The notes below the pieces were generated by a model. It was not told the origin of the DNA. It made no database searches and saw only the letters and a program-made list of their open reading frames with translations. Of a stretch of 64,000 nucleotides of DNA, positions 1 through 11,520 are shown piece after piece. A program made the position numbers and the translations under genes. Each line of letters begins with the position of its first letter. Within the stretch, counting starts at the first letter, position 1. The stretch covers positions 372,001 to 436,000 of the forward strand of contig NIVC01000731.1 in NCBI GenBank assembly GCA_002269645.1, written 5' to 3'. This DNA is from Macrostomum lignano (Eukaryota).

Positions 1-2209
1 AAGACGCGGACGCCTCTCGGCTCCAGGTCGCGCCGGATTGCGTCCGGGGCGTCGGGGGAGTCCAGGAACTGCAGCAGGTCGCGGTAGGCCGCCTCGAACG
101 GTTGCACATCGCAGCCCAGGCGGTCCAGCAGCAGGGCGCCCAGCTCGCGGCCCGTCACGCGGAACCAGTTGGCGCTGGCCCTGGAGACGAGTTTAAATAG
201 CAATTTGGTGAGATAGATAGATAGATTAGGATAGCTGCTACTCTAAGTAGGATTAGTGTACATTTTTTCTTGCTTTATTTTTCCCAAGCTGTGACGTTAG
301 GATGTGTAAAGCGTAGCAGCAAGCCCGCTGAAGGATCCGGAGGGTGGGCGGGTGGCAGCCCACTGGAGGATCGGAGGGTGGGCGGGTGGCAGCCCACTGG
401 AGGATCGGAGGGTGGGCGGGTGGCAGCCCACTGGAGGATCGGAGGGTGGGCGGGTGGCAGCCCACTGGAGGATCGGAGGGTGGGCGGGTGGCAGCCCACT
501 GGAGGATCGGAGGGTGGGCGGTGGCAGCCCACTGGAGGATCGGAGGGTGGGCGGTGGCAGCCCACTGGAGGATCGGAGGGTGGGCGGGTGGCAGCCCACT
601 GAAGGATCCGGAGGATGGGCGGGTGGCTGCCCACAGAGGATCAGAGGGTGGGCGCCCACTGGATGCCAAACGGCAGGAGCAACTAGTCAGTAATAGTCAG
701 TATCAAATGCCTCGGCAGCTAATTAGTGTGCGGCTCACCTGTCGGCCATCAGCTGGTCCATAGCCAGGCGGATGCAGTGCAGCCGGGCCAGGTACTCGGT
801 GTCAGTTGAGCAGCCCAGATTGGCTGTGCGCAGCTTTCTAAACGGCACGGAGCCGTGCTCCAGCTCCAGCAGGGCCGCCCGGTACAGGTGGGCATTGTCG
901 CTTGCCTGGCGCTTCTAGAGGAGTCCGGACGTTTGTGGAGCTTACTTAGAATACATCAGGCATAAAGTATACTTAGAATACATGGGTATACGTCATATTT
1001 TATTGTGCATGGGTATTTCTCAGTATACACGTAGGATATTTCCCAGAATGCTTACGGTATTTCTCAGAATGCTTAGGTATTTTTCAGAATGCTTAGGTAT
1101 TTCTTAGAATGCTTAGGGTATTTCTTAGAATGCTTAGGTATTTTTCAGAATGCTTAGGTATTTCTCAGAATGCTTAGGGTATTTTTCAGAATGCTTAGGT
1201 ATTTCTAAGGAAGCTTAGGGTATTTCTCAGAATGCTTAGGGTATTTCACAGGATGCTTAGGGTATTTCTCAGAATGCTTAGGGTATTTCACAGGATGCTT
1301 AGGGTATTTCACAGAATGCTTATGGTATTTCTAAGGAAGCTTAGGGTATTTCTCAGGATCCATGGGGTATTTCTCAGGATCTATGGCGTATTTCTCAAGA
1401 CCGATGGGGTATTTCTCAGAACTCTGCCAGAACTCTGCCAACCTCAAGATCTATCCGAATGGGAGTGGCCAATGCTCTGCAAGTACACCAAGTACTTCAA
1501 CACCAACCTGATCGTCCAGGTCGCTGATGTCCAGCTGCTCCAGCGCGCTGACAAACGAGTCCGCGTCGCTGTCACCGTCTTCGTCGCTGACGTCGGTGGA
1601 TGGCAGGTAGGCCTCATCGACGTCAAGCGCCCGCTGCTTGGCCCGCTCCCGGATGCTGTAGGCGGTCTCCAGCAGCTGCCGCAGCTCCGTCAGCAGCTCT
1701 GACTCGCTGGCCGCGCCGCCTCGGACGTCGCCCAGGCCGTCGAAGCTCTCCAGCGAGGTCTCCAGGTCGGTGATGACCCGGTGCAGCGCCTCGATGCCCG
1801 AGCGGGCCCCGTCGCCGCCGCCGCTGTCGGTACAGGGGACGGCGTCGTCGATTTCGTCAAGCCGAAGCCGCCGGTGGCTGCCGGCGACGCCGCTGCGGAT
1901 GCTGTCCCGCTTGCTGCGCGACCCGCCGCCGACACGGCTTCGCCGACTGCTGCTGGCTGGAGCGGCGGGCAGCGCGGCGGCCGGAGCTCCGGACATCGAG
2001 GCGACGGCTTGGTGGCAGGCACAGGCGCAGCAGCCGTTGCTGGGCGGATAGTCCAGCGCGAGGCCGCCGACAGCGCCGGCCAGGTCGCACCGGGTTTGCT
2101 GGCGCCGCGCGGCCCGCCAGCGCAGGTAGAGCGCCAGCAGAGCGGCGGAGACACCGGCGCCGGCCAGCGCCAATTGCAGGGCGCGGCGGGACACCACAAG
2201 GGAGGCCAT
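1..2209 (-). CDS. MIGA: Mitoguardin (MIGA/FAM73) homolog, 5' part; exons 2209-1508, 914-739, 180-<1; continues beyond the window start
   Basis: N-terminal hydrophobic anchor (LALAGAGVSAALLALYL); FFAT-like DSFVSALE; exon 2 LYRAALLELEHGSVPFRKLRTANLGCSTDTEYLARLHCIR and exon 3 NWFRVTGRELGALLL..PFEAAYRDLLQFL..EPRGV match MIGA motifs; GT-AG sites with consistent phases (0, 2). Confidence 0.9.
327..660. repeat. G-rich minisatellite, about 34-bp unit (ggaggatcggagggtgggcgggtggcagcccact), MIGA intron 2
   Basis: Direct tandem repeats visible; explains the overlapping low-complexity ORFs at 253-763. Confidence 0.95.
1035..1430. repeat. Minisatellite, 20-21-bp unit (gtatttctcagaatgcttagg), MIGA intron 1
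   Basis: Direct tandem repeats visible. Confidence 0.93.
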
Positions 2210-2584
2210 CGGACTGCTCTGATTGGCTGGCTAAGCTTTGGCTTTAGCTGGGCTGCAAAGTACATTTAGGCATTTTTTAAATATCCGTAGTATGCTACTG
2301 AAAAGTGAGACACGTCAGTAGTGCAGCAGGAGTTTTATCGCAGTTTGTATTCGAATAAAAAGAAAGATAAGACCAGCCTACAAAACTTTTTCAGCTTTTC
2401 AGAAAAATATAAAGATAAAATCCTCATATCACTGATAAAAAACGCACGGCTTTGTTATTATAAATCACAAAGGAGCAGGACGGAAACAGTTCGTTAAAGA
2501 CTACTAAGAATAAGTAGTATAAAACAAGGCTAAAAACAAACACAAGTCTTGTACAGGGAAGAGAATCAATGGTACAATTAAAGA

Positions 2585-3600
2585 CAGCAGGGTGCTGGAG
2601 TCAGGGGGAACCCCAGACTAGCCGGGCAGCAGGGTGCTGGGGTCAGGGGGAATCCCAGACTAGCCGGGCAGCAAGGTGCTGGGGTCAGGGGGAATCCCAG
2701 ACTAGCCGGGCAGCAGGGTGCTGGGGTCAGGGGGAATCCCAGACTAGCCGGGCAGCAGGATGCTGGGGTCAGGGGGAATCCCAGACTAGCCGGGCAGCAA
2801 GGTGCTGGGGTCAGGGGGAATCCCAGACTAGCCGGGCAGCAGGGTGCTGGGGTCAGGGGGAATCCCAGACTAGCCGGGCAGCAAGGTGCTGGGGTCAGGG
2901 GGAATCCCAGACTAGCCGGGCAGCAGGGTGCTGGGGTCAGGGGGAATCCCAGACTAGCCGGGCATCAGGGTGCTGGGGTCAGGGGGAATCCCAGGCTAGC
3001 CGAGCAGCAGGATTCTGGGGGCAGGGGGAATCCCAGACTAGCCGGGAAGCAAGGTGCTGGGGTCAGGGGAATCCCAGACTAGCCGGGCAGCAAGGTGCTG
3101 GGGTCAGGGGAATCCCAGACTAGCCGGGCAGCAGGGTGCTGGGGTCAGGGGGAATCCCAGACTAGCCGGGCAGCAAGGTGCTGGGGTCAGGGGGAATCCC
3201 AGACTAGCCGGGCAGCAGGGTGCTGGGGTCAGGGGGAATCCCAGACTAGCCGGGCAGCAAGGTGCTGGGGTCAGGGGAATCCCAGACTAGCCGGGCAGCA
3301 AGGTGCTGGGGTCAGGGGGAATCCCAGACTAGCCGGGCAGCAAGGTGCTGGGGTCAGGGGGAATCCCAGACTAGCCGGGCAGCAAGGTGCTGGGTCAGGG
3401 GGAATCCCAGACTAGCCGGGCAGCAAGGTGCTGGGTCAGGGGGAATCCCAGACTAGCCGGGCAGCAAGGTGCTGGGGTCAGGGGGAATCCCAGACTAGCC
3501 GGGCAGCAGGGTGCTGGGGTCAGGGGGAATCCCAGACTAGCCGGGCAGCAGGGTGCTGGGGTCAGGGGGAATCCCAGACTAGCCGGGCAGCAGGATGCTG
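2585..3600. repeat. G-rich minisatellite, about 42-bp unit (gggtgctggggtcagggggaatcccagactagccgggcagca), between the RNF32 stop and the MIGA start
   Basis: More than 20 tandem copies visible. Confidence 0.97.
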
Positions 3601-6600
3601 GGATCGATAGGCCGCTTCTGATAGCCGGGGGCGCGGCAGACGGGGCAGAGACGCGCCGGTGCATCGCAGACGAGCTCCTCGAAGGTGGCGATGCAGACGG
3701 CGTGGAAGACGTGCGAGCAGGACAGCAGCACCGCCGGGCGGGCCAGCGCGCTGGCGGCGGCTGCGGCGCCAACGGCGGAGGCGGGCACGGCCAGCGGCAG
3801 CAGGCAGATCGGGCAGTCCGCGTCGCATCGGCGGATGGCCTGGAAGCCGGGGTGGGGACGGCTGTGAAGACACTCAAGGATCACAGATGGGGATTCTCAT
3901 TCACGGGATAACAGATGGGGATTCTGATTTGCAGGGATCACAGATGGGGATTCTGATTGATGGGGATAACAGATGGGGATTCTGATTGATGGGGATAACA
4001 GATGGGGATTCTGATTGATGGGGATAACAGATGGGGATTCTGATTTGCAGGGATTACAGATGGGGATTCTGATTGATGGGGATAACAGATAGGGATTCTG
4101 ATTGATGGGGATAACAGATAGGGATTCTGATTGATGGGGATAACAGATGGGGATTCGGATTGATGGGGATCACAGATGGGGATTCTGATTGATGGGGATT
4201 ACAGATGAAGATTCTGATTGATGGGGATCACAGATGGGGATTCTGATTGATGGGGATCACAGATGGGGATTCTGATTGATGGGGATAACAGATGGGGATT
4301 CTGATTGATGGGGATAACAGATGGGGATTCTGATTGATGGGGATAACAGATGGGGATTCTGATTGATGGGGATAACAGATGGGGATTCTGATTTGCAGGG
4401 ATAACAGATGGGGATTCTGATTTGCAGGGATTACAGATGGGGATTCTGATTTGCAGGGATTACAGATGGGGATTCTGATTTGCAGGGATTACAGATGGGG
4501 ATTCTGATTTGCAGGGATTACAGATGGGGATTCTGATTTGCAGGGATCACAGATGGGGATTCTGATTTGCAGGGATTACAGATGGGGATTCTGATTTGCA
4601 GGGATTACAGATGGGGATTCTGATTTGCAGGGATTACAGATGGGGATTCTGATTTGCAGGGTCACAGATGGGGATTCTGATTTGCAGGGATCACAGATGG
4701 GGATTCTGATTTGCAGGGATTACAGATGGGGATTCTGATTTGCAGGGATTAAGGATGGGGATTCTGATTTGCAGGGATCACAGATGGGGATTCTGATTTG
4801 CAGGGTCACAGATGGGGATTCTGATTTGCAGGGATTACAGATGGGGATTCTGATTTGCAGGGTCACAGATGGGGATTCTGATTTGCAGGGTCACAGATGG
4901 GGATTCTGATTTGCAGGGTCACAGATGGGGATTCTGATTTGCAGGGTCACAGATGGGGATTCTGATTAACAGGGTCACAGATGGGGATTCTGATTAACAG
5001 GGTCACAGATGGGGATTCTGATTAACAGGGTCACAGATGGGGATTCTGATTAACAGGGTCACAGATAGGTGTTCTTACTCTTCAATTGAGATACAGATCT
5101 AATCGAACTACAGATAGGACTCCGCTGGCTAGAAACGCCCCTACCACACCAAAGTGCACACTGAGGCTCAGCCCACCTTTCCCGCGGTGTCTCCCCACTG
5201 CTCCTCGCTGAGGTCCCGCCTGGCGCCCGGCCAGGCCTGGAAGACGCGCCGGCTGGCAGCCACGCAGCGGTCGATGTCGGCCAAGAAGTCGTTGACGCCG
5301 AGGTCGCAGCAGCGGACCATGCGGTCGGACACCTCCGCCAGTCGCTCCTCATAGAAGCGGCGCCGAAGGCGGGGATCCGTGGGCGGCCGCAGCCGGCGCA
5401 GCTGCTTGTAGAGCCGGCGGGCAACGTAGCCGCGCCAGGTGGCCTGGATTCTGGAATTGGTGTGTAGTGGAAGCGTTTTGTAATTTTAAAAGTGCATTTA
5501 AAAGTACATTTAGGTTCAGCTGTACATATAAGTGCTTACACGATTAACTGGAATAGCAACCATATCCACTAATACTAAAATGATTTGTCCCTAGGCATCA
5601 TCTATGTCTCTAAAGATTATATAGCAAAAGTACTTTTGGCTAAAAATTAAAAGTGCATTCTCATACAGCTTAATAACATTGCTAGTGCATTTATATTGCA
5701 AACTGAACCCTAACCTTTTAACTTTAGGGAGGCAGGGGGTTTTACTGCCCATTCCGCCGACTTCCCTGAGCAGGTACACGATCGCGCGGATACGTACGCA
5801 GTCATACGCGCAGGCACACACTCACACAGGAGTGTACAGCGGCCCTAACTTTATTTATCGTTAGGCATGTACACTTCACTGTGCCTTGGGGGTTGGCCCA
5901 CAAGGCCGTTAATTGCACAAGAGCAGAGCAAAGCCGAGATTCCAGTTTAGCCCCCAAATTAATGTGACTGCATTTGGAATCGAGCCTGGGACCACTGGCA
6001 CACCAGAGCGCCGCGCTTGACCACTGGGTGCATTGGGGGCCAGTGGAGAATCCTAAAGTATAAAATAAACCTTTAGTATTTCATGTGATCAGTACTGAAA
6101 ATCGGGTAGATAATAGTACATAGTATACAAAAGTACGGTTTTAAAAATATCAGAAATCCAAGCAAATATTTATTAAACAAGGGCGCGTGAAGCTGGACTC
6201 TAAGGCCGCTCACCTGGTGGCGCACCTCACCAGGTGCTGATATTCTCCATCGTAGATCAGCCGCTTCTCGTAGGCCTCTTTGCGGCACATTGGGCACGAC
6301 TTGCGGCCGGAGAAGCGCTCGAATGCTTCCAGACAGGCCTAGGGGACGAACAGGGTCATATACAATCAATGGATCAATCTACTTATCGATCACACAATCA
6401 ATGGATCAATCTACTTATCAATTACACAATCAATGGATCAATCTACTTATCGATCACACAATCAATGGATCAATCTACTTATCCATCACACAATCAATGG
6501 ATCAATCTACTTATCAATCACACAATCAATGGATCAATCTACTTATCAATCACACAATCAATTGATCAATCTACTTATCAATCACACAATCAATGGATCA

Positions 6601-8363
6601 ATCTACTTATCAATCACACAATCAATGGATCAATCTACTTATCGATCACACAATCAATGGATCAATCTACTTATCAATCACACAATCAATCCTCTTATCA
6701 ATCAATCGATCAATCTACTTATCAATCACTCTATCAATCGATCAATCTACTTATCAATCACTCTATCAATCGATCAATCTACTTATCAATCACTATCAAT
6801 CGATCAATCGCTCAAGCACCAACCTTGTGGAACACGTGGGAGCAGGACAGCAGCACCTGCTCCTGCAGCCCAAAGTCCTCCTTGCAGATGACGCAGGGCT
6901 CCCTGATGGCGTCCTGAACATTCTGACGCCGCTTCAGCGACTGCCAAGCATCTTCAGTCAGGATGTCCGGGCGCTGGTACTCGACTAGGCCCAGCTTCTG
7001 TGCTGCATCACAGAAAAGATCGAGGCTAATTTTTTAAATTAATTTATGGGAAAATCGCACTTTGACAAGGCTCGCTCATTAGTGGTGTCTGCCAAGACAA
7101 TCCGGCAACAGACATTCCGGTAACAGACACTCCGGTAACAGACACTCCGGTAACAGACACTCCGGCAACAGACACTCCGGCAACAGACACTCCGGCAACA
7201 GACACTCCGGCAACAGACACTCCAGCAACAGACACTCCGGCAACAGACACTCCGGCAACAGACACTCCGGCAACAGACACTCCGGCAACAGACATTCCGG
7301 TTCCGGCAACAGACACAAACAGACGGAAAGCTCACCCAAACTGGGCTTCTCCACCCGCCTGGCGTCCAGCACTTTCTCTTTTCTACTCAGCAGCGCTTGC
7401 GTGGCGAATCCCGCACTGGGATCTGGCGGATCGTTGGGCCTCTCCGAACGGGGCTTTCCTGGAAAACAGGGGGGTTGCAGTGTGAGGTTCCACAGGTACT
7501 GGGATCCTAGAACATGCTTGGGCGCAACCTTGGGATTCACTCGGCCGTTTCTATTGGCAACACACACATGTAAGTCGCTATTGGACGGAATAGCAGTCAC
7601 GTGACTGCTCTCAGCCAACAGCGACTTACATGTGTGTGTTGCCAATAGAAACGGCCGGATGATTCCCAAATTTGCGCATGTATGTACTAGAATGATGACT
7701 AGAATGACTGTTTTAGCACAACAGATGACAAGAGGAGAGGGGAGAGAGAAGAGAAGAGACAGGAGAGGATAGGAGGAGAGAGGAGCTTTGAGAGAATAGA
7801 GCTAAGAAGAGACAAACTTAAGCGGGCCGGATAGAGAGGCTTTGCAGGTCCGAGTTAGCCGAACCCTGTTCCAGCATCTGTGAGGTTCCAGAACCAACTG
7901 ACATCAAGAGCCCATAAGCAACACCCTTGGTAGATAATGAAATTCTAATTAAATTATTAAAGTAATTAAAATCTAGATCTTAAACTCTACCAAATGTTGC
8001 CTGCTCCTCAGCTCTTTTAGGTAGCAGCTGGAAGCCTACAAGCTATCCTGTTGTAAATTGAAGTTGAAATCTGCCTATGGATGGATAGACTTGCTGAGCA
8101 AGTGACTGTGTTTCATTTGTTGATGGGCAGTTAGAAAACAGGCTAATCTGTTGCTTAAGCTGCTCACTGAGTCCGGTGTCAACAACTGGCTTCACAGCCT
8201 TCAGCTTGGCTTTGGAACTGGCCTGTGTGCCCCACGGCCTGGCATTGATGTTGGGCAGGCGCAGACCCAGCCCAGAGTCACCCATCCTCTGTAGCAGGTG
8301 CTGCTGGAGGGCTGCAGACACCAGAGCTGATGGCTTCAATGGAGCCGTCTGCCAGCTAGACAT
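3579..8363 (-). CDS. RNF32: RING finger protein 32 (RING-IQ-RING); exons about 8363-8168, 7458-7336, 7002-6824, 6338-6214, 5450-5177, 3839-3579
   Basis: SAALQQHLL..VVDTGL N-terminus; LAQKLGL; RING1 [39 protein letters not shown]; IQ motif RIQATWRGYVARR; RING2 CPICL..[18 protein letters not shown]..CPVCR; all junctions GT-AG and in phase. The start Met is uncertain (8363 or 8387). Confidence 0.95.
3885..5065. repeat. Minisatellite, 29-bp unit (gatggggattctgatttgcagggattaca and variants), RNF32 last intron
   Basis: About 40 tandem copies, with sub-variants arranged in blocks. Confidence 0.97.
5700..6050 (-). mobile_element. tRNA-derived SINE, family A
   Basis: Minus strand has an A-box-like element (cccagtggtcaagcg) and a B-box-like element (ggctcgattcc); the body recurs at 26480-26597, 46545-46890 and 54905-55180. 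Confidence 0.75.
6362..6810. repeat. Minisatellite, 32-bp unit (atcaatggatcaatctacttatcaatcacaca), RNF32 intron
   Basis: Tandem copies visible. Confidence 0.95.
7100..7315. repeat. 15-bp tandem repeat (ccggcaacagacact), RNF32 intron
   Basis: About 14 copies visible. Confidence 0.93.
7542..7657. repeat. Near-perfect palindrome with 38-bp perfect arms, RNF32 intron
   Basis: 7542-7579 is the exact reverse complement of 7620-7657; inner palindrome agcagtcacgtgactgct. Confidence 0.92.
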
Positions 8364-11049
8364 TGTGGCTGAAGTACATAATGACAAAACAAAATTTACA
8401 GTCCAGAACCACCAAGTATCTTTTACAGAGAAGACAGATATAATAGGTTAAGTCTAATCCTCCAATACTAAATCTTAACCTATTGCTTAAGGTGATTGCT
8501 GTATGCAATCCTTGAGCCAAGGGTAAGACATTAATAAGTATTAATATTAAGTATTATTACCTTTCCTAATATAAGCCTTATAATTTCATACAAGGGCTGT
8601 CCCAAAAGTAGTGTTACTTTTCATTATATCTCTCATTCTACTGATCCAAATAATATCATTTTGCATAGATTTATAGCAGCAACTTTTTTCTTTATATTAA
8701 CTTTAACATCATTAAAAACAGACAATGGAAATAGAAATAGAAGTTATAAACTAAAATGTAGTAGGAGCTTGATAATTGTCAACAAGTTAACAAAATCTAT
8801 CTAGTCATTAAGTCTATCTTCAAGTATATAGCCATTATGAACATAGGTATATTTATTTCTTAATAATAACTCTAATTTAATCTTTTTGCAAAAGATTAGG
8901 CCTAATTCTTACTGTTTTTACATTTTAATAGGTTAGGCTACCTTTGTTGCCTTCAATTAAGAAAAAGCTTAATTTATTGAATTATGTCTAAAATATTTTT
9001 TAGGAAAACAAAATTGAAGACATTGATTGGCTATTTAGCAAAAATAGCAAAAAAAATTTTGGTTCTCCTTTGTATTTTAGGCCTAAGGCAAACTTTTGTA
9101 AATATTATTGCAAAAGGTTTTTGGCTATTTAAGTTATATTATATTTTTATTAATAGATAAGAGATATCCCTAAAGAGTCAACATATTAGGCTGTAAAATT
9201 AATAAAAAACTTAATGTTAAAAATTCAAAGTATAAAATTAAAAAAAGTTGTATACTAATTTTTCAAAGTAAAGTTTTTATACTCAGGCAAGCACTAAATG
9301 TAAAAGTAGTAAGATTTATCAAATAGGAAAATACTAGGGGCCTAACCTAAAAAAATAACTCAAAATTTCATTAGAATCCTTACTGGGAATATTGCATAGT
9401 ATTGTAATAAAATGACTAAGTGTAAAAACTTACTCAACTGCCTATAGTCTATAGACCAGTTATAAGATACTATTATAAAAAAAACAATGCTATAAAATAA
9501 AGTCTAGCAGTAGCAGATTAAGAGTGGGGAGCACATATTTGCATAAGGTGATTTTTTTATATGGAATTATATGAAAATACATATTACAGATAAGTACATA
9601 TTGAGGTTAGGGCCTACAATACAATATATACTTACAATACAATATATTATATATATTGCACATGTACCTACTTTTAGTAATCTGCGCCCCCTATTCAAAA
9701 TTTTTCTGGATCCACACCTAAGCTAAAGTCTAAGATTTTTATTTATTAGAACAAATAACTTTACTTTAAATAAATACCTCGAGATTAGGCCTAATTATCT
9801 AATAGCCAGCAAACAATACCTAGTGACCCAGCTATATACCCCTATACTATTAGTATTACTACAAGAAGTATACAAAAATCAAGTTGAAAAACCCGCTTTT
9901 CTGGTTGCATACAATATATAATTAGACCTATTATGTGCCTTACATAAGCGGCTAAGCCTATCTAGCGAAATGGGCCAGGGCGACACTCGCCTCCGCCCTC
10001 CCAAATGCGTCTTCGGAGCGCCCTGATAAGCCGATGCTTATTTAATTATTAATTAAAAAATAATCGTCTTTCAGCCTTTTAAAATGTTTCAAAACGATAT
10101 TAGTGTAAAAGTATAACAAAGAGCTAGCAACACTATCCTGGTTTCTTGGATCAACTAGAAACTACACAGCTACATAGCTCATTTATTACATAGTTTAAGT
10201 ATTTTCGGTCAACAATTAATTTTGTTCATTCATGGGTCTAAACTTGGAAAAATGGGTTGATAACCGTTGATTGAACCGTCGTTTCTAAGATTATTGAAAA
10301 TTGAAATAATCGATTAACCAGAATAATCACGTAAGCCTGCCTGGCTCAAACATTTAATTTTCTGCAATAATTATCACCAAGAAAACGAGGAAAAGTACAT
10401 GGAAAGTGAGTAGTGAGCACGCGATTCTTGAGCGGCATCCTTTGTAGTCAGCAAACATTTCAATTTTGGCCGAAGAAATGAAGAAATAAAAATTGAATAA
10501 GTAAAGCTTATGAACTGAAGGAACTGAAGGAACTGAAAGAACCTCACAAAGCACAAAATCGTGTATCTTTTCTACCGTACATGTGTATTCTCTGTCTTTG
10601 CAGCGGGATTCCAAAGTTTGTGCCCTGTGCATGTGAGGTTAAATTTCAATAAAGTCGAGAAGCCTACCGTGCCTTATAGGGTCCATGAAAGCCGGGTGGT
10701 TTATTGAAATCCAGTCGTGGTTTTCATGCATTCAGTTCTCATTGAAGACAGCATCATTAATTAGGACAGTTCTGCCAGAGATTTGGCGATGCAGAGCAAA
10801 GTGAGCAAAAGCCACAACTACATGTATTGTATGGAAGCCAGAAGTTTATTCATACAATAGACAACCTCGCATCTCACCCTGCCGAATTATCCAGCTAGCT
10901 GAACTGATAAGCATAATGAAATTTATGTCCAGAGTGCATAAGCCCCACTGGTCGTTGGCAACTTTCTATAAAACTCTACCTTAACAAGTGCGCGGTGTCC
11001 TATACATGACTCTGTAATCTGCTCTACTGTGTATAAATTTTCTGTTTTC

Positions 11050-11520
11050 CCTGCTCCTCATTCGAGCGCGTGATAGGAGCTTCAACTGGGGTCCTGGGGT
11101 CAAGCTGTAGGCTGTAAATCAGACTGTAGGGCGAGCGCTCTCGTGGGGTAGTTCGTCCCAAACTGCCGGCAATCCCGCGCGGCTGTTTCCTGTCCTTCCG
11201 CAGAGCCCTGCTTGGACTCAACCGGGGAAAAATCCGCAGTGAGGAATGCTTATTCTGCTGCTACAGCCTTGAGAATGCAAAGCACTTTATTTGTGAATGA
11301 CCCAGGCTCGTCTATCTTGGCCCAAACCGGGACCTTTCCGACGTTTTCAGGCCAAAGTCCCTGAGACACTCCGAGTTTGCGGACACACCACCACCAGCTC
11401 TCTCTGAGCGACACCGCAGCACCAGCTGCCCTTGGTCGCCAGGGGTTAGCGGAATGGGCGTCAACGCCTCCCGCTGTATCCGGATGCCCCGGAGCCCCCG
11501 GCAGCAGTCAAATAAGTCAT
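11050..11520 (+). mobile_element. Degraded 3' fragment of a non-LTR retrotransposon (R1/LOA/I-like ORF2 end plus 3' UTR)
   Basis: Frameshifted translation CRQSRAAV / FRRALLGLNRGKIR / ECLFCCYSLENAKHFICE (zinc-knuckle-like) parallels the fragment at 38.8 kb. Confidence 0.55.

Noticed and set aside
253-763. Multiple overlapping ORFs of 110-139 aa
   Set aside because: Translations of the 34-bp intronic minisatellite; the same applies to ORFs over the other arrays (2.6-3.6, 6.4-6.8, 7.1-7.3, 24.6-25.5, 26.6-27.1, 28.1-28.6, 33.7-34.0, 35.5-35.9, 37.3-37.8, 50.9-51.5, 53.2-53.5, 55.7-55.9 kb).
11400-11500. HDV-like ribozyme suggested by gcggaatgggc
   Set aside because: I could not build the P1/P3/L3 nested pseudoknot; better explained as a LINE 3' UTR hairpin.
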